DNA of 51,730 nucleotides from NCBI GenBank assembly GCA_964441745.1, contig CAYTYR010000004.1:62001-113730 (forward strand). Reading direction: 5' to 3'. Both the position numbers and the translations under genes were made by a program. Shown piece after piece: positions 9,750 to 18,569 of this stretch. The number at the start of each line of letters is the position of its first letter. Within the stretch, counting starts at the first letter, position 1. The DNA comes from an uncultured Clostridia bacterium (GTDB taxonomy: Bacteria; CAYTYR01; UBA6262). Below the pieces are notes generated by a model, which made no database searches, was not told the origin of the DNA, and worked only from the letters and a program-made list of their open reading frames with translations.

Positions 9750-11162
9750 ATGGATAAAACTGCATTGATCAACTATTTTAATCGGGTAGCGCCTAACCGG
9801 GATACCTGGAAAAAAAGAAGCTGGTATTACCACCAGGCTTTAGCCAACTTCTTTTCCTTTACAGTGCCTACAGGCAGTTCCGTACTGGAAATAGGCTGCG
9901 GGACGGGAGACCTGTTGCATCACCTGCAGCCCCAAAAAGGTGTGGGCCTGGATTTCAGCCCGGAGATGTTGAAAATAGCCAGCGCTAAATATCCGCAATA
10001 TACCTATTTAGCGCAAGATATAGAAAACCTGCAATTAGCAGAAAAATTTGATTATGTCATAATGCAGGATCTTATTAGCCACTTGGGGGATGTCTGGCAA
10101 GCGTTCAGAAACTTGAATAAAGTGACTAAACCTGAAACCCGTATTATAATCACTAATTATAACCATTTTTGGGAACCGCTTATTGTCCTGGCAGAAAAAA
10201 TTGGTTTAAAAATGAAACAGCCGACCCAGAACTGGCTGTCTATTGAAGATATAGAAAACATCCTGTATTTGAATCATTATGAAGTTATCAAAAAAGGTTA
10301 TTTTTTCCTGGTACCTGTATATATACCGGTTATTTCCAATTTTATTAACAAATACATTGCCAAATTGCCTTTACTTAAGAAATTATGTCTGGCTACTTTT
10401 GTCATTGCTAAGGAGGCAGGCAGTTCGGTGCTGCCACAAGATCATTCCTGCTCTATCGTCATTCCTTGCCGTAACGAAGTAGGCAATATCGAAAAAGCGA
10501 TTATGACTGTCCCGCCCCTGGGTTTGGGCTCGGAAATTATCTTTGTTGATGGTAATTCTACCGACGGGACAGTCGAAAAAATACAAGAAATGATCCAACA
10601 GCACAAGGAGTTGAAGATTTCTCTCATTCATCAAGGTGAAGCCCGCGGTAAAGCAGATGCGGTCAGAAAGGGCTTTGACGCAGCCCAGGGTGACATTTTC
10701 ATGATCTTGGATGCAGACTTGACTGTCCCGGCAGAAGAACTTGCCAAATTCTACCTGGCGCTATCTGAACGCAGAGGTGAATTCATCAACGGGACCAGAC
10801 TGGTCTATCCTATGGAAAAAAGGGCGATGCGGATGCTGAATATCCTCGGCAATAAAGTATTTTCCATGATCTTTACCTGGATCCTGGAACAGCGGATAAA
10901 AGATACTCTCTGCGGTACTAAAGTGCTCTTTAAGAACGATTATCTCCGGATCAAAGCTGGCCGGGTCTATTTTGGCGATTTTGATCCTTTCGGCGATTTT
11001 GACCTGCTTTTTGGCGCGGCTAAATTGAATTTAAAGATCGTTGAGCTGCCGATCAGATATAAAGAAAGAACTTACGGCAGTACCAAGATCAGCAGGTTTA
11101 AGCATGGGTTGCTGTTATTAAGAATGTCAGTGATAGCTTTCAGGAAATTTAAAATGAGGTAA
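9750..11162 (+). CDS. Bifunctional SAM methyltransferase / GT2 (polyprenyl-phosphate glycosyltransferase-like)
   Basis: VLEIGCGTG in the N-terminal domain; IVIPCRNE, VDGNSTDGT, ILDADL and DTLCGTK in the C-terminal GT2 domain. Confidence 0.9.
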   Translation: MDKTALINYFNRVAPNRDTWKKRSWYYHQALANFFSFTVPTGSSVLEIGCGTGDLLHHLQPQKGVGLDFSPEMLKIASAKYPQYTYLAQDIENLQLAEKFDYVIMQDLISHLGDVWQAFRNLNKVTKPETRIIITNYNHFWEPLIVLAEKIGLKMKQPTQNWLSIEDIENILYLNHYEVIKKGYFFLVPVYIPVISNFINKYIAKLPLLKKLCLATFVIAKEAGSSVLPQDHSCSIVIPCRNEVGNIEKAIMTVPPLGLGSEIIFVDGNSTDGTVEKIQEMIQQHKELKISLIHQGEARGKADAVRKGFDAAQGDIFMILDADLTVPAEELAKFYLALSERRGEFINGTRLVYPMEKRAMRMLNILGNKVFSMIFTWILEQRIKDTLCGTKVLFKNDYLRIKAGRVYFGDFDPFGDFDLLFGAAKLNLKIVELPIRYKERTYGSTKISRFKHGLLLLRMSVIAFRKFKMR

Positions 11163-11166
11163 AAAT

Positions 11167-11841
11167 ATGACTGAAGTGCGGGAACATTTTAATACTATCG
11201 CTTCAGAATATGATTCCTGGAAAAAGAAGAACTGGTATTATTATCAAAATCTAATGGAATTAGTGCGCAGACACGTGCCAGCGGATAAAACTGTCCTGGA
11301 AATTGGTACAGGTACAGGTGATATTTTAGCCAGTGTGGGCCCCCAGACTGGGATCGGGCTGGATATCAGCCAACCCATGATAGAATTGGCGCAGAAAAAA
11401 TACCAGGATCGCACTTGCCTGAAATTCTATTGCTGCGCGCCATCAGAACTGCCAGTACAGGTAGAGTATGATCATATTATTTTGATCGATGTCGTTGAAC
11501 ACCTTGAAGATATTCAGGGCATGGCCAGGCAGATTAACGCTCTGTCTGGCGCTAAAACTCAGGTTTTTATTTCCATGGCCAATCCGCTATGGGAGCCAAT
11601 CCTGATGCTGGCCGAAAAATTAAAACTCAAAATGCCTGAAGGCAAACACTACCGCTTACTGGCAAAGAAACTAATATCCATTTTCATGGCGAACGGTTTT
11701 ATCTTACAAGAACATGGTTTTACTCTGCACCTGCCTAAGAACCTGGGATTGGTTTCAAAAATATTAAATCTCTGGCTGGAAAAAATACCAGGCTTAAAAC
11801 GCCTGGGATTGATCGAATATTTTGTTTTTGTAAAGGCATAA
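11167..11841 (+). CDS. Class I SAM methyltransferase, paralog of the upstream fusion's N-domain
   Basis: VLEIGTGTGD; shares WKK..WYY and WEP...LAEK..LKM with the 9750 ORF. Confidence 0.88.
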   Translation: MTEVREHFNTIASEYDSWKKKNWYYYQNLMELVRRHVPADKTVLEIGTGTGDILASVGPQTGIGLDISQPMIELAQKKYQDRTCLKFYCCAPSELPVQVEYDHIILIDVVEHLEDIQGMARQINALSGAKTQVFISMANPLWEPILMLAEKLKLKMPEGKHYRLLAKKLISIFMANGFILQEHGFTLHLPKNLGLVSKILNLWLEKIPGLKRLGLIEYFVFVKA

Positions 11842-11842
11842 G

Positions 11843-13264
11843 ATGGCTGCGCAAAAAAAGAAAGTTATCCTGAATTTTACGATTTTGGCATTGCTCACTT
11901 TGGTGTTGCGCCTGGCGCCGTTAGTTCATCTCGGCCCGCTGTTCGAGCCGGATAGTGATGGATATATAAGAGTAGCCAGGACCTTGGCCGAAACCGGGCA
12001 ATTTGCCATATTGGATCCAGTGTCTCACCAGCTGGTCCCTTTTGTCACGAGAGTGCCTTTTTTCCATTTTGTCGCTGCGCGTCTGATCAATTTGTTCGGC
12101 CCAGAAGTGGGTTGGCCCTTAACTATCATGAATGTCATTTTAGGTACAGCCACCGTGGTCTTGGCTGGCTGGTTTTTTTACCGGTTAGTCAACCTCCCAG
12201 TAGGCTTGCTTACCGGCTGGCTAATGGCGCTTAATCCAAATTCTATTTATAATACTTTGCTGGTTATGCCGGATATTTTCTTTTCCTTCTTTTGTCTATT
12301 GGTGTTTATTTTGGGTGCTCAGGCGCTCTCCAGGCGTTCCTGGGGTTGGTATTTTGCCTGGGGGGTAGCTATTGGTTTGGTGATGCTGATCAAACCTGTT
12401 TTTAGATATTACTGGTTTATAGTATTGATCATTTTGGCTGTTCAATATAGGAACTGGAAATCATGGGGCAAGTATGCCGTGACCTTGATGCTAGGGATCA
12501 GCCTGGTAATTGCTCCCTGGTTAATAAGAAATCACTCTATTTTTGGTTTCTGGGGATTGGAACTGACCACCGGGATCAATAGTATTTGGTCCATAACAGA
12601 TTTAATAAAACCTTCAACTGACCAGCAACGTCTCAGTGATCCGGAATTAGCCAAAGTGAGAGATGTAGTTGTTCATTCCCGTGAAACCCTGCGCCAAGCC
12701 CATCCTGAAAAGTTCAATGATAAGGATATTTTTGCGCAATTCAATTATGCCTCTTATGCCTGGGGGGAGATTCAGGCTCAGCTTGGCCTTTCTATTGTCG
12801 CAACGGACAAAATGTTGACCAGGCTAGGCCTGGAGGTAATCCGTCAGAATCCCGTGATTGTGGCTAAGAGGTACGCGCTTAATACTGTAAATTTCCTGAA
12901 TTCACCTGCTTCTCTGGCAGAACTGATTTGCCGTCTTATTCCCGGGGGCAGGATGTACCGCCAACCGTTGAGTGTAGCCTGGCAAGAGAGAAATATGTCT
13001 ATCGTGGTGCCCACCATAATGGTCAGGATCGCTTACCTGTTTCTTTTATTTATCGCTTTTAGGGGTGGCATTACCTGGTGGAAAAATAAAATTGACCGGC
13101 AAGTGATCTTATTCTTAGTCTTATCCGTGTTTTATTTTGTCCTTTTTTCTTTTGCCGCCGGGTATGACCGTTACCGTTTACCTGTTGATCCTTTACTGGC
13201 TGGTCTGGCTGGGATAGCAATGACCGCATTTTATTATAAAAATAAAGGAAAAAAATGTAGTTAA
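11843..13264 (+). CDS. ArnT/PMT-like (GT-C) membrane glycosyltransferase
   Basis: EPDSDGY acidic loop, R.P, PWLIRN, DRYRLP; polytopic. Confidence 0.75.
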   Translation: MAAQKKKVILNFTILALLTLVLRLAPLVHLGPLFEPDSDGYIRVARTLAETGQFAILDPVSHQLVPFVTRVPFFHFVAARLINLFGPEVGWPLTIMNVILGTATVVLAGWFFYRLVNLPVGLLTGWLMALNPNSIYNTLLVMPDIFFSFFCLLVFILGAQALSRRSWGWYFAWGVAIGLVMLIKPVFRYYWFIVLIILAVQYRNWKSWGKYAVTLMLGISLVIAPWLIRNHSIFGFWGLELTTGINSIWSITDLIKPSTDQQRLSDPELAKVRDVVVHSRETLRQAHPEKFNDKDIFAQFNYASYAWGEIQAQLGLSIVATDKMLTRLGLEVIRQNPVIVAKRYALNTVNFLNSPASLAELICRLIPGGRMYRQPLSVAWQERNMSIVVPTIMVRIAYLFLLFIAFRGGITWWKNKIDRQVILFLVLSVFYFVLFSFAAGYDRYRLPVDPLLAGLAGIAMTAFYYKNKGKKCS

Positions 13265-13266
13265 CC

Positions 13267-14331
13267 ATGAAAAACATCCTGCATGTCATTACCAGTCTTA
13301 ATATCGGCGGAACAGAAAAATTCCTGCTGGATAGCCTGCGTTATCTGCAGAAAGATTACCATTTTCAGGTCTGTTATCTGAAGGAACGCGGCCTCATGGC
13401 CGACGAGATTGAAAAACTGGCTATTCCCGTATTTCGTGTGCAGGGGCTGCGTGACTTGACAATTTTTATTAAAAAGAATCCGGTGGATATAGTGCATACG
13501 CATTTATACCGGGCTAATATTCTCGGCCGCCTGGCTGCCCATACAGCGGGAGTGCCGGTTATAATTTCCAGCCAGAGGTCTATTGATGATTGGAAATATC
13601 CCTGGCATGTCTGGCTGGACCGTTGGACTGCCAGGTATGCAAAAACCATTATTGCTAACTCCCAATATACTCGAGACCTGTTGGCTATACGCGAAAAGAT
13701 ACCTGCCAAAAAAATAGCCGTGATCTATAATGGCGTAGAATCCCAACAGGAATTTAGTGATAAAGAGCTGGTTGAATTCAGGGAAAAATATACCTTAAGT
13801 GATCAGGACATCCTGGTAGGATGCGTCAGCAGGTTGCATCGCGAAAAAGGGATAAGTTTTATACCAGCTATTGTGCAATACGTGATTAAACTGAAACCGC
13901 AGGTGAAATTCATCCTGATTGGTGATGGTCCGGAAAAAAATAAAATAGCCGCAGCCATAGATAGGTTGAAATTAAGTGAGCATGTCCGGTTCACAGGCTT
14001 TTATCCTGAAGCCGCCAGAGTGAATTCCATATTCAATGTATTTTTCCTGGCTTCGCTGGAAGAGAGTTTCCCGCAAGCCCTGTTGGAGGCTCTAGCTGCC
14101 GGTGTGCCTGCTGTTTGTACTGACGTTGGCGGCGTAAAAGAATTAATTACGCCCAGGGAAACCGGCTTATTGGTCAAACCCAAAGACCCGCAAGCACTAG
14201 CCGAAGCGATTATTTGGCTTCTGGACCATCCGCAGGAAGCGCAAGCGATGGGGGATAAAGCCAAAATCCTGGTCCAGAACAATTTTCAGCTTGCCGCCAA
14301 GGTTAAACAGCTCAGGGACCTATACGGGTAA
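13267..14331 (+). CDS. Glycosyltransferase family 4
   Basis: LNIGGTE, VHTHL, IYNGV, SRL..EKG, EESFPQALLEA. Confidence 0.92.
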   Translation: MKNILHVITSLNIGGTEKFLLDSLRYLQKDYHFQVCYLKERGLMADEIEKLAIPVFRVQGLRDLTIFIKKNPVDIVHTHLYRANILGRLAAHTAGVPVIISSQRSIDDWKYPWHVWLDRWTARYAKTIIANSQYTRDLLAIREKIPAKKIAVIYNGVESQQEFSDKELVEFREKYTLSDQDILVGCVSRLHREKGISFIPAIVQYVIKLKPQVKFILIGDGPEKNKIAAAIDRLKLSEHVRFTGFYPEAARVNSIFNVFFLASLEESFPQALLEALAAGVPAVCTDVGGVKELITPRETGLLVKPKDPQALAEAIIWLLDHPQEAQAMGDKAKILVQNNFQLAAKVKQLRDLYG

Positions 14332-14336
14332 AAGGC

Positions 14337-14365
14337 TTGACATAATACGATAATAGTGATATTCT
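14337..14365 (+). promoter_or_regulatory. Sigma70-type promoter for the PilZ pair
   Basis: TTGACA (14337-14342), 17 nt spacer, TATTCT (14360-14365) with an extended -10 TG. Confidence 0.7.
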
Positions 14366-14394
14366 TTTAGTGGATAAAAGCCCCGGAGAAAATT

Positions 14395-14733
14395 ATGAAT
14401 CTAACAGAAAAGCGCAGGCATAATCGCTTAGATAAGATTATGTTTGTGCAATATTCGCATATTACTCATAGTAATAATAGAATCCAGATATTTAAGGCCA
14501 TGACCAAAGATATCAGTCCCGGAGGAGTGAAACTTAGTACCAATAGTTTTATTCCTGAAAAAACCCAGATATCAGTGCTGGCCTCACCGCAAAAAATACA
14601 ACTGCAAGCCAGGGGTGAGGTGGTTTGGGTAAATAAAACAAATAATCTTTCCCCCAATCGTGAACAATATGATATCGGCCTGAAATTTATTTCAATAGCA
14701 GATACGGAAACAGAAAAGATCATGAGACTGTAG
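14395..14733 (+). CDS. Stand-alone PilZ-domain protein
   Basis: RRHNR (RxxxR) and DISPGG (DxSxxG) motifs, GEVVWV, YDIGLKF. Confidence 0.88.
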   Translation: MNLTEKRRHNRLDKIMFVQYSHITHSNNRIQIFKAMTKDISPGGVKLSTNSFIPEKTQISVLASPQKIQLQARGEVVWVNKTNNLSPNREQYDIGLKFISIADTETEKIMRL

Positions 14734-14747
14734 CTGTGGGGTGCGGT

Positions 14748-15089
14748 ATGTTAATCCAACACCAGGAAAAAAGGGCTGCTACCCGTTTTAGAACTGGCCT
14801 GCCTGTCCAGTACCGTTATTTAACCAAGGTGAGTAATGCCTTGACCATTGACCTGAGTGAAGGCGGATTAAGCTTTACCACGAATGATTTTATCCCGGTC
14901 AATACTAAGCTTTTTGTGGCGATCTTGCCTAAAGAAGAACCCTTGCGTGCCGGCGGTACGGTAGTCTGGATACAGAAAATGCCCTATGGCGACCGGTACA
15001 ATGTGGGGATGAAATTTACCGATATCAATGCTTATAATAGGGCCAGGATAGCATCATTGGATGATAAGATGGTCCTGGATAACTTTTAG
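14748..15089 (+). CDS. Stand-alone PilZ-domain protein
   Basis: RAATR and DLSEGG motifs, GTVVWI, YNVGMKF. ATG 14748 preferred over GTG 14736. Confidence 0.88.
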   Translation: MLIQHQEKRAATRFRTGLPVQYRYLTKVSNALTIDLSEGGLSFTTNDFIPVNTKLFVAILPKEEPLRAGGTVVWIQKMPYGDRYNVGMKFTDINAYNRARIASLDDKMVLDNF

Positions 15090-15093
15090 AAAG

Positions 15094-15190
15094 CACGAAT
15101 AACGCAGATTCAGAATACGGATTATGCGGAAATCGACAAGTTTGAATCAGCGAAATCTCTCGCTGCCACAGCGAGGAAATCAGCGTAATC
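15094..15190. repeat. Imperfect inverted repeat built of AATCAGCGWAATC-type units
   Basis: AATCAGCGAAATC (15145-15157) and AATCAGCGTAATC (15178-15190) flank a CTCGCTG/CAGCGAG hairpin. Partly complementary ACGCAGATT and GATTATGCGGA lie upstream. Confidence 0.6.
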
Positions 15191-15191
15191 T

Positions 15192-15215
15192 AACTGCCGA
15201 AAAGCAGTTTTTTTT
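15192..15215 (+). terminator. Intrinsic terminator-like hairpin just upstream of proS
   Basis: AACTGC-cgaaaa-GCAGTT followed by a T run. Confidence 0.55.
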
Positions 15216-15237
15216 ATTATAAGAAGAAAGAGGCAGT

Positions 15238-16512
15238 ATGAGATTAACACAGTCATTTATACCGACAATGAAGGAAATCCCCAGCGAAGCGCAGATCCCC
15301 AGTCACCAGCTGATGCTGCGGGCCGGAATGATCAGGAAGCTGTCCAGCGGGGTTTATGAGTTCCTGCCCTTGGGATTCAAAGTATTAAAAAAAGTGGAGC
15401 AGGTTATCCGGGAAGAAATGAACGCGGTTGGCGCCCAGGAATTATTACTGCCGGCGCTGCACCCGAAGGAATTATGGGAAGAGACCGGCCGCTGGGAGAT
15501 ATACGGCGATGAGATGATGAAGGTCATTGACCGCAATAAACGCCAATTCGGTTTGGGTCCGACCCATGAAGAAGTGATCACAGATCTGGTCCGCAAGGAA
15601 GTCAAATCTTACCGGCAGCTGCCGGTAATATTATACCAGTTCCAGACAAAATTCCGTGATGAGATCAGGCCCAGGTTTGGGATCATGCGCGGCCGTGAAT
15701 TTATTATGAAAGACTGCTACAGTTTTGATAAGGATGAAGCTGGCTTGAATATAAATTACCAGAAAATGGTGCAGGCTTATAAAAACATCTTTACGCGCTG
15801 TGGCTTTGATTTCCGGGTGGTCCAGGCAGATTCCGGCAATATTGGCGGCAATCTTTCGCATGAATTTATGGTCCTGGCCAACACCGGAGAAGAAGCCATT
15901 TATTATTGCGATGCCTGCCAGGTAACGGTGAAGGCCAAAGAACCGGAAGGAGAGCAAGAGGCGGCCATAGAAAAACAGCAGTGTCCCACTTGCCAGCAAG
16001 AAATGAAATATTCCCGGGTAATAGAAGTCGGCCACACCTTTAACCTGGGCACCAAGTATAGCGCTAAAATGAAGGCTACATTCTTGGATGAAAATGGTGA
16101 AAGCCAGCCCTATATTATGGGTTGTTACGGTATTGGAGTTTCCCGTATTGTCGCTGCCGCCATTGAACAAAGCCATGATGCCAATGGCATTATCTGGCCC
16201 AAACAGATCAGCCCTTATCAAGCTATCGTCCTGCCGCTGGATGTGACCAATGAGCCGGTGAAAAATACGGCTGAAGAGGTATATGCCCAACTGAAAAGCA
16301 AGGGGATTGAAGTATTGCTCGATGACCGGGATGAACGGGCCGGAGTCAAGTTTAAAGATGCTGACCTGATCGGTATTCCCATTAAAGTGATAATTTCTAC
16401 CAGAGGCCTGGCGGAAGGTAAAATAGAGATAAAACTGCGTAAAACCGGGGAAGTCTTCAAGGTCAGCGTTGCAGAAACTTTACCCAAGATTGTCGAGTTG
16501 ATCCATAAGTGA
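15238..16512 (+). CDS. proS: Proline--tRNA ligase, short form without the INS editing domain
   Basis: SHQLMLRAGMIR, GPTHEE, FRDEIRPRFG.MRGREF.MKD.YSF, MGCYGIGVSR, C-terminal anticodon-binding domain; 424 aa. Confidence 0.97.
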   Translation: MRLTQSFIPTMKEIPSEAQIPSHQLMLRAGMIRKLSSGVYEFLPLGFKVLKKVEQVIREEMNAVGAQELLLPALHPKELWEETGRWEIYGDEMMKVIDRNKRQFGLGPTHEEVITDLVRKEVKSYRQLPVILYQFQTKFRDEIRPRFGIMRGREFIMKDCYSFDKDEAGLNINYQKMVQAYKNIFTRCGFDFRVVQADSGNIGGNLSHEFMVLANTGEEAIYYCDACQVTVKAKEPEGEQEAAIEKQQCPTCQQEMKYSRVIEVGHTFNLGTKYSAKMKATFLDENGESQPYIMGCYGIGVSRIVAAAIEQSHDANGIIWPKQISPYQAIVLPLDVTNEPVKNTAEEVYAQLKSKGIEVLLDDRDERAGVKFKDADLIGIPIKVIISTRGLAEGKIEIKLRKTGEVFKVSVAETLPKIVELIHK

Positions 16513-16536
16513 AATAAGTGTAACGGGCCTTTAAAA

Positions 16537-16571
16537 AATCAGTGTAATCTTTTTTCTTAATCAGTGTAATC
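16537..16571 (+). repeat. Direct repeat AATCAGTGTAATC x2
   Basis: Exact copies at 16537-16549 and 16559-16571. Confidence 0.8.
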
Positions 16572-16591
16572 ATCTTTTAGTAAATAATTTC

Positions 16592-16620
16592 TTGCAATTT
16601 TACACGGAAGATGGTATAAG
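16592..16620 (+). promoter_or_regulatory. Promoter of the rimP-nusA-infB operon
   Basis: TTGCAA, 17 nt spacer, TATAAG with an extended -10 TG. Confidence 0.65.
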
Positions 16621-16635
16621 AACATATGAACTCAC

Positions 16636-16662
16636 AAAGAGTGGGAGAATCCCACTCTTTTT
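16636..16662 (+). promoter_or_regulatory. rimP leader terminator/attenuator hairpin
   Basis: AAAGAGTGGGA-gaa-TCCCACTCTTT followed by T-rich sequence, between the promoter and rimP. Matches the widely conserved GGG...CCC rimP-leader terminator. Confidence 0.8.
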
Positions 16663-16702
16663 GTTTACTAGAACAAAACTGTCAAATGGGCAGGAAGTGT
16701 TT

Positions 16703-17149
16703 ATGCCAGAATTTGAAGCGCTGGAAAATATTATCAAGGAAACACTGGCTGGAATAAACTTAAGATTATTCAGTTATTCTTTTTCCGGTCATGTACTGCG
16801 GGTAGCCATTGATCAGGAAAGCGGTAATGTCAGTCTCGCTGATTGCGAGCTGGCCAGCCGGATTTTGGAAAAGTTATTTGATGAACGGGAAATGATCTCC
16901 CAGCGCTATACGCTGGAAGTATCTTCGCCGGGTTTGGACCGCCCGCTCAAGGCCAGGGAGGATTATGCCAGGTTCACCGGCAGCAAAGTAAAAATGGCGG
17001 TGCAGGCCAATGACCAGCAGTTGACAGTGACCGGCTGGATCAAGAATGTGACTGACGCTGGATTGGAACTTGAATTTAAAAGTAAAGAAACAAAGATGTA
17101 TACTTGGCCGGATATTCTCAGCGGCCGCCTTGAACCAGAACTTAAATAA
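16703..17149 (+). CDS. rimP: Ribosome maturation factor RimP
   Basis: LRV.ID...V.L.DC...SR, YTLEVSSPGLDRPL; precedes nusA. ATG 16703 follows AGGAAG. Confidence 0.95.
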   Translation: MPEFEALENIIKETLAGINLRLFSYSFSGHVLRVAIDQESGNVSLADCELASRILEKLFDEREMISQRYTLEVSSPGLDRPLKAREDYARFTGSKVKMAVQANDQQLTVTGWIKNVTDAGLELEFKSKETKMYTWPDILSGRLEPELK

Positions 17150-17162
17150 GATTTTAATTTTT

Positions 17163-17197
17163 CTATACGCTATACGCTATACGCTAATCGCTATATG
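17163..17197 (+). repeat. Heptamer tandem repeat (CTATACG)x3 plus two degenerate units
   Basis: CTATACG CTATACG CTATACG CTAATCG CTATATG between rimP and nusA. Confidence 0.85.
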
Positions 17198-17222
17198 CCG
17201 TATTTAAACAGGAGGAAGCAGG

Positions 17223-18545
17223 ATGGCAAGTGAACTTTTAGACACTCTGGAACAAATCGAACGGGAAAAGAATATCAAAAAAGAAGACTTGATTCAAATG
17301 GTTGAAGCAGCCTTGCTGGCAGCTTTGCGCAAGCATCTGCACGCCAGCCAGAACCTGGCGGTAACCATTAACCGGGAAACCGGGGCGATAGAATCATTCC
17401 AAACGAAAAAAGTAGTGACCGAAGTCAAACGCAGCGATATTGAAATATCTCTCGGCGACGCCCAGAAAATCAAGCCGAAAGCCAAGATGGATGATGATAT
17501 CACGATTACCCTGGATACTATGGATTTTGGCCGTATTGCCGCCCAGACCGCCAAGCAGGTGATTATCCAGAGATTATTGGAAACCGAGCGGGAAAACCTT
17601 TTCAATGAATATAAAGTGAAGGAAGGGGAACTGATCAACGGCATTGTCCAGCGGATTACGCCCAAAGGAGTAATTTTTGACCTGGGCAAGATTGAAGCGC
17701 ATTTGCCGCAGCGTGAACAGATCAAGGGTGAAACTTATTATAATGGGGAGCGGATCAAGGTTATAATCTTAAAAGTTAATAAAACGACTAAGGGACCGCA
17801 TGTAATTGTTTCCCGGACCCATCCCAATTTGATCAAACGTTTGTTTGAGCTGGAAGTACCGGAAATATATGAGAAAATAGTGGAAATCAAAAATGTTGTG
17901 CGCGAACCAGGCCAGCGGGCCAAGATCGCTGTTGCCAGCAATAATGATAAAGTAGATCCGGTAGGCGCCTGTGTCGGCGTTAAGGGATCGCGAATCCGCA
18001 CGATCATTGATGAACTTAAGGGTGAGAGGATCGATGTCATCATTTTCAATAATGACCCGGCTACCTATATTGCCAAAGCACTCTCTCCGGCCAAAACCGA
18101 AAGTGTGACCGTAGATACCCCAAATAAAAAAGCCGAAGTGATCGTACCGGATGACCAGTTGTCTCTGGCTATCGGCAAAGCCGGCCAGAACGTGCGACTG
18201 GCCGCCAAGCTTACTGGTTGGCATATCGATATTAAGAGCCAGTCTGACAAAAAACTCCAGGCTCAAGCCAGCATCGCTGCTGCCGAGGCCGCTGCCGCTG
18301 CTACCCAAGAGACAGAATTGCCGAGCGCTGATAGCGCTGGCGCCGAGGCCAGCGAACTCACCAGGTTGCCGGCAGTGGGTGAAAAACTACAGGCCGAATT
18401 GATCAATAAAGGCTTTGATACACTGGAAAAAATTGCCAATGTTTCCGCGGAGGACCTGACCCAGGTACCTGGTATCGGTCCGAAGAAAGCTGAAAAGATC
18501 ATTGCCGCGGCTAAAGAAATCATTAACTCTACCGCACAAAAATAA
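17223..18545 (+). CDS. nusA: Transcription termination/antitermination factor NusA with C-terminal HhH repeats
   Basis: [51 protein letters not shown]. Confidence 0.98.
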   Translation: MASELLDTLEQIEREKNIKKEDLIQMVEAALLAALRKHLHASQNLAVTINRETGAIESFQTKKVVTEVKRSDIEISLGDAQKIKPKAKMDDDITITLDTMDFGRIAAQTAKQVIIQRLLETERENLFNEYKVKEGELINGIVQRITPKGVIFDLGKIEAHLPQREQIKGETYYNGERIKVIILKVNKTTKGPHVIVSRTHPNLIKRLFELEVPEIYEKIVEIKNVVREPGQRAKIAVASNNDKVDPVGACVGVKGSRIRTIIDELKGERIDVIIFNNDPATYIAKALSPAKTESVTVDTPNKKAEVIVPDDQLSLAIGKAGQNVRLAAKLTGWHIDIKSQSDKKLQAQASIAAAEAAAAATQETELPSADSAGAEASELTRLPAVGEKLQAELINKGFDTLEKIANVSAEDLTQVPGIGPKKAEKIIAAAKEIINSTAQK

Positions 18546-18569
18546 TGTAATACCCAGTGGGGGCCAAGT

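Noticed and set aside
15090-15237. T-box riboswitch upstream of proS
   Set aside because: No UGGNACC T-box bulge sequence or recognisable stem I motifs.
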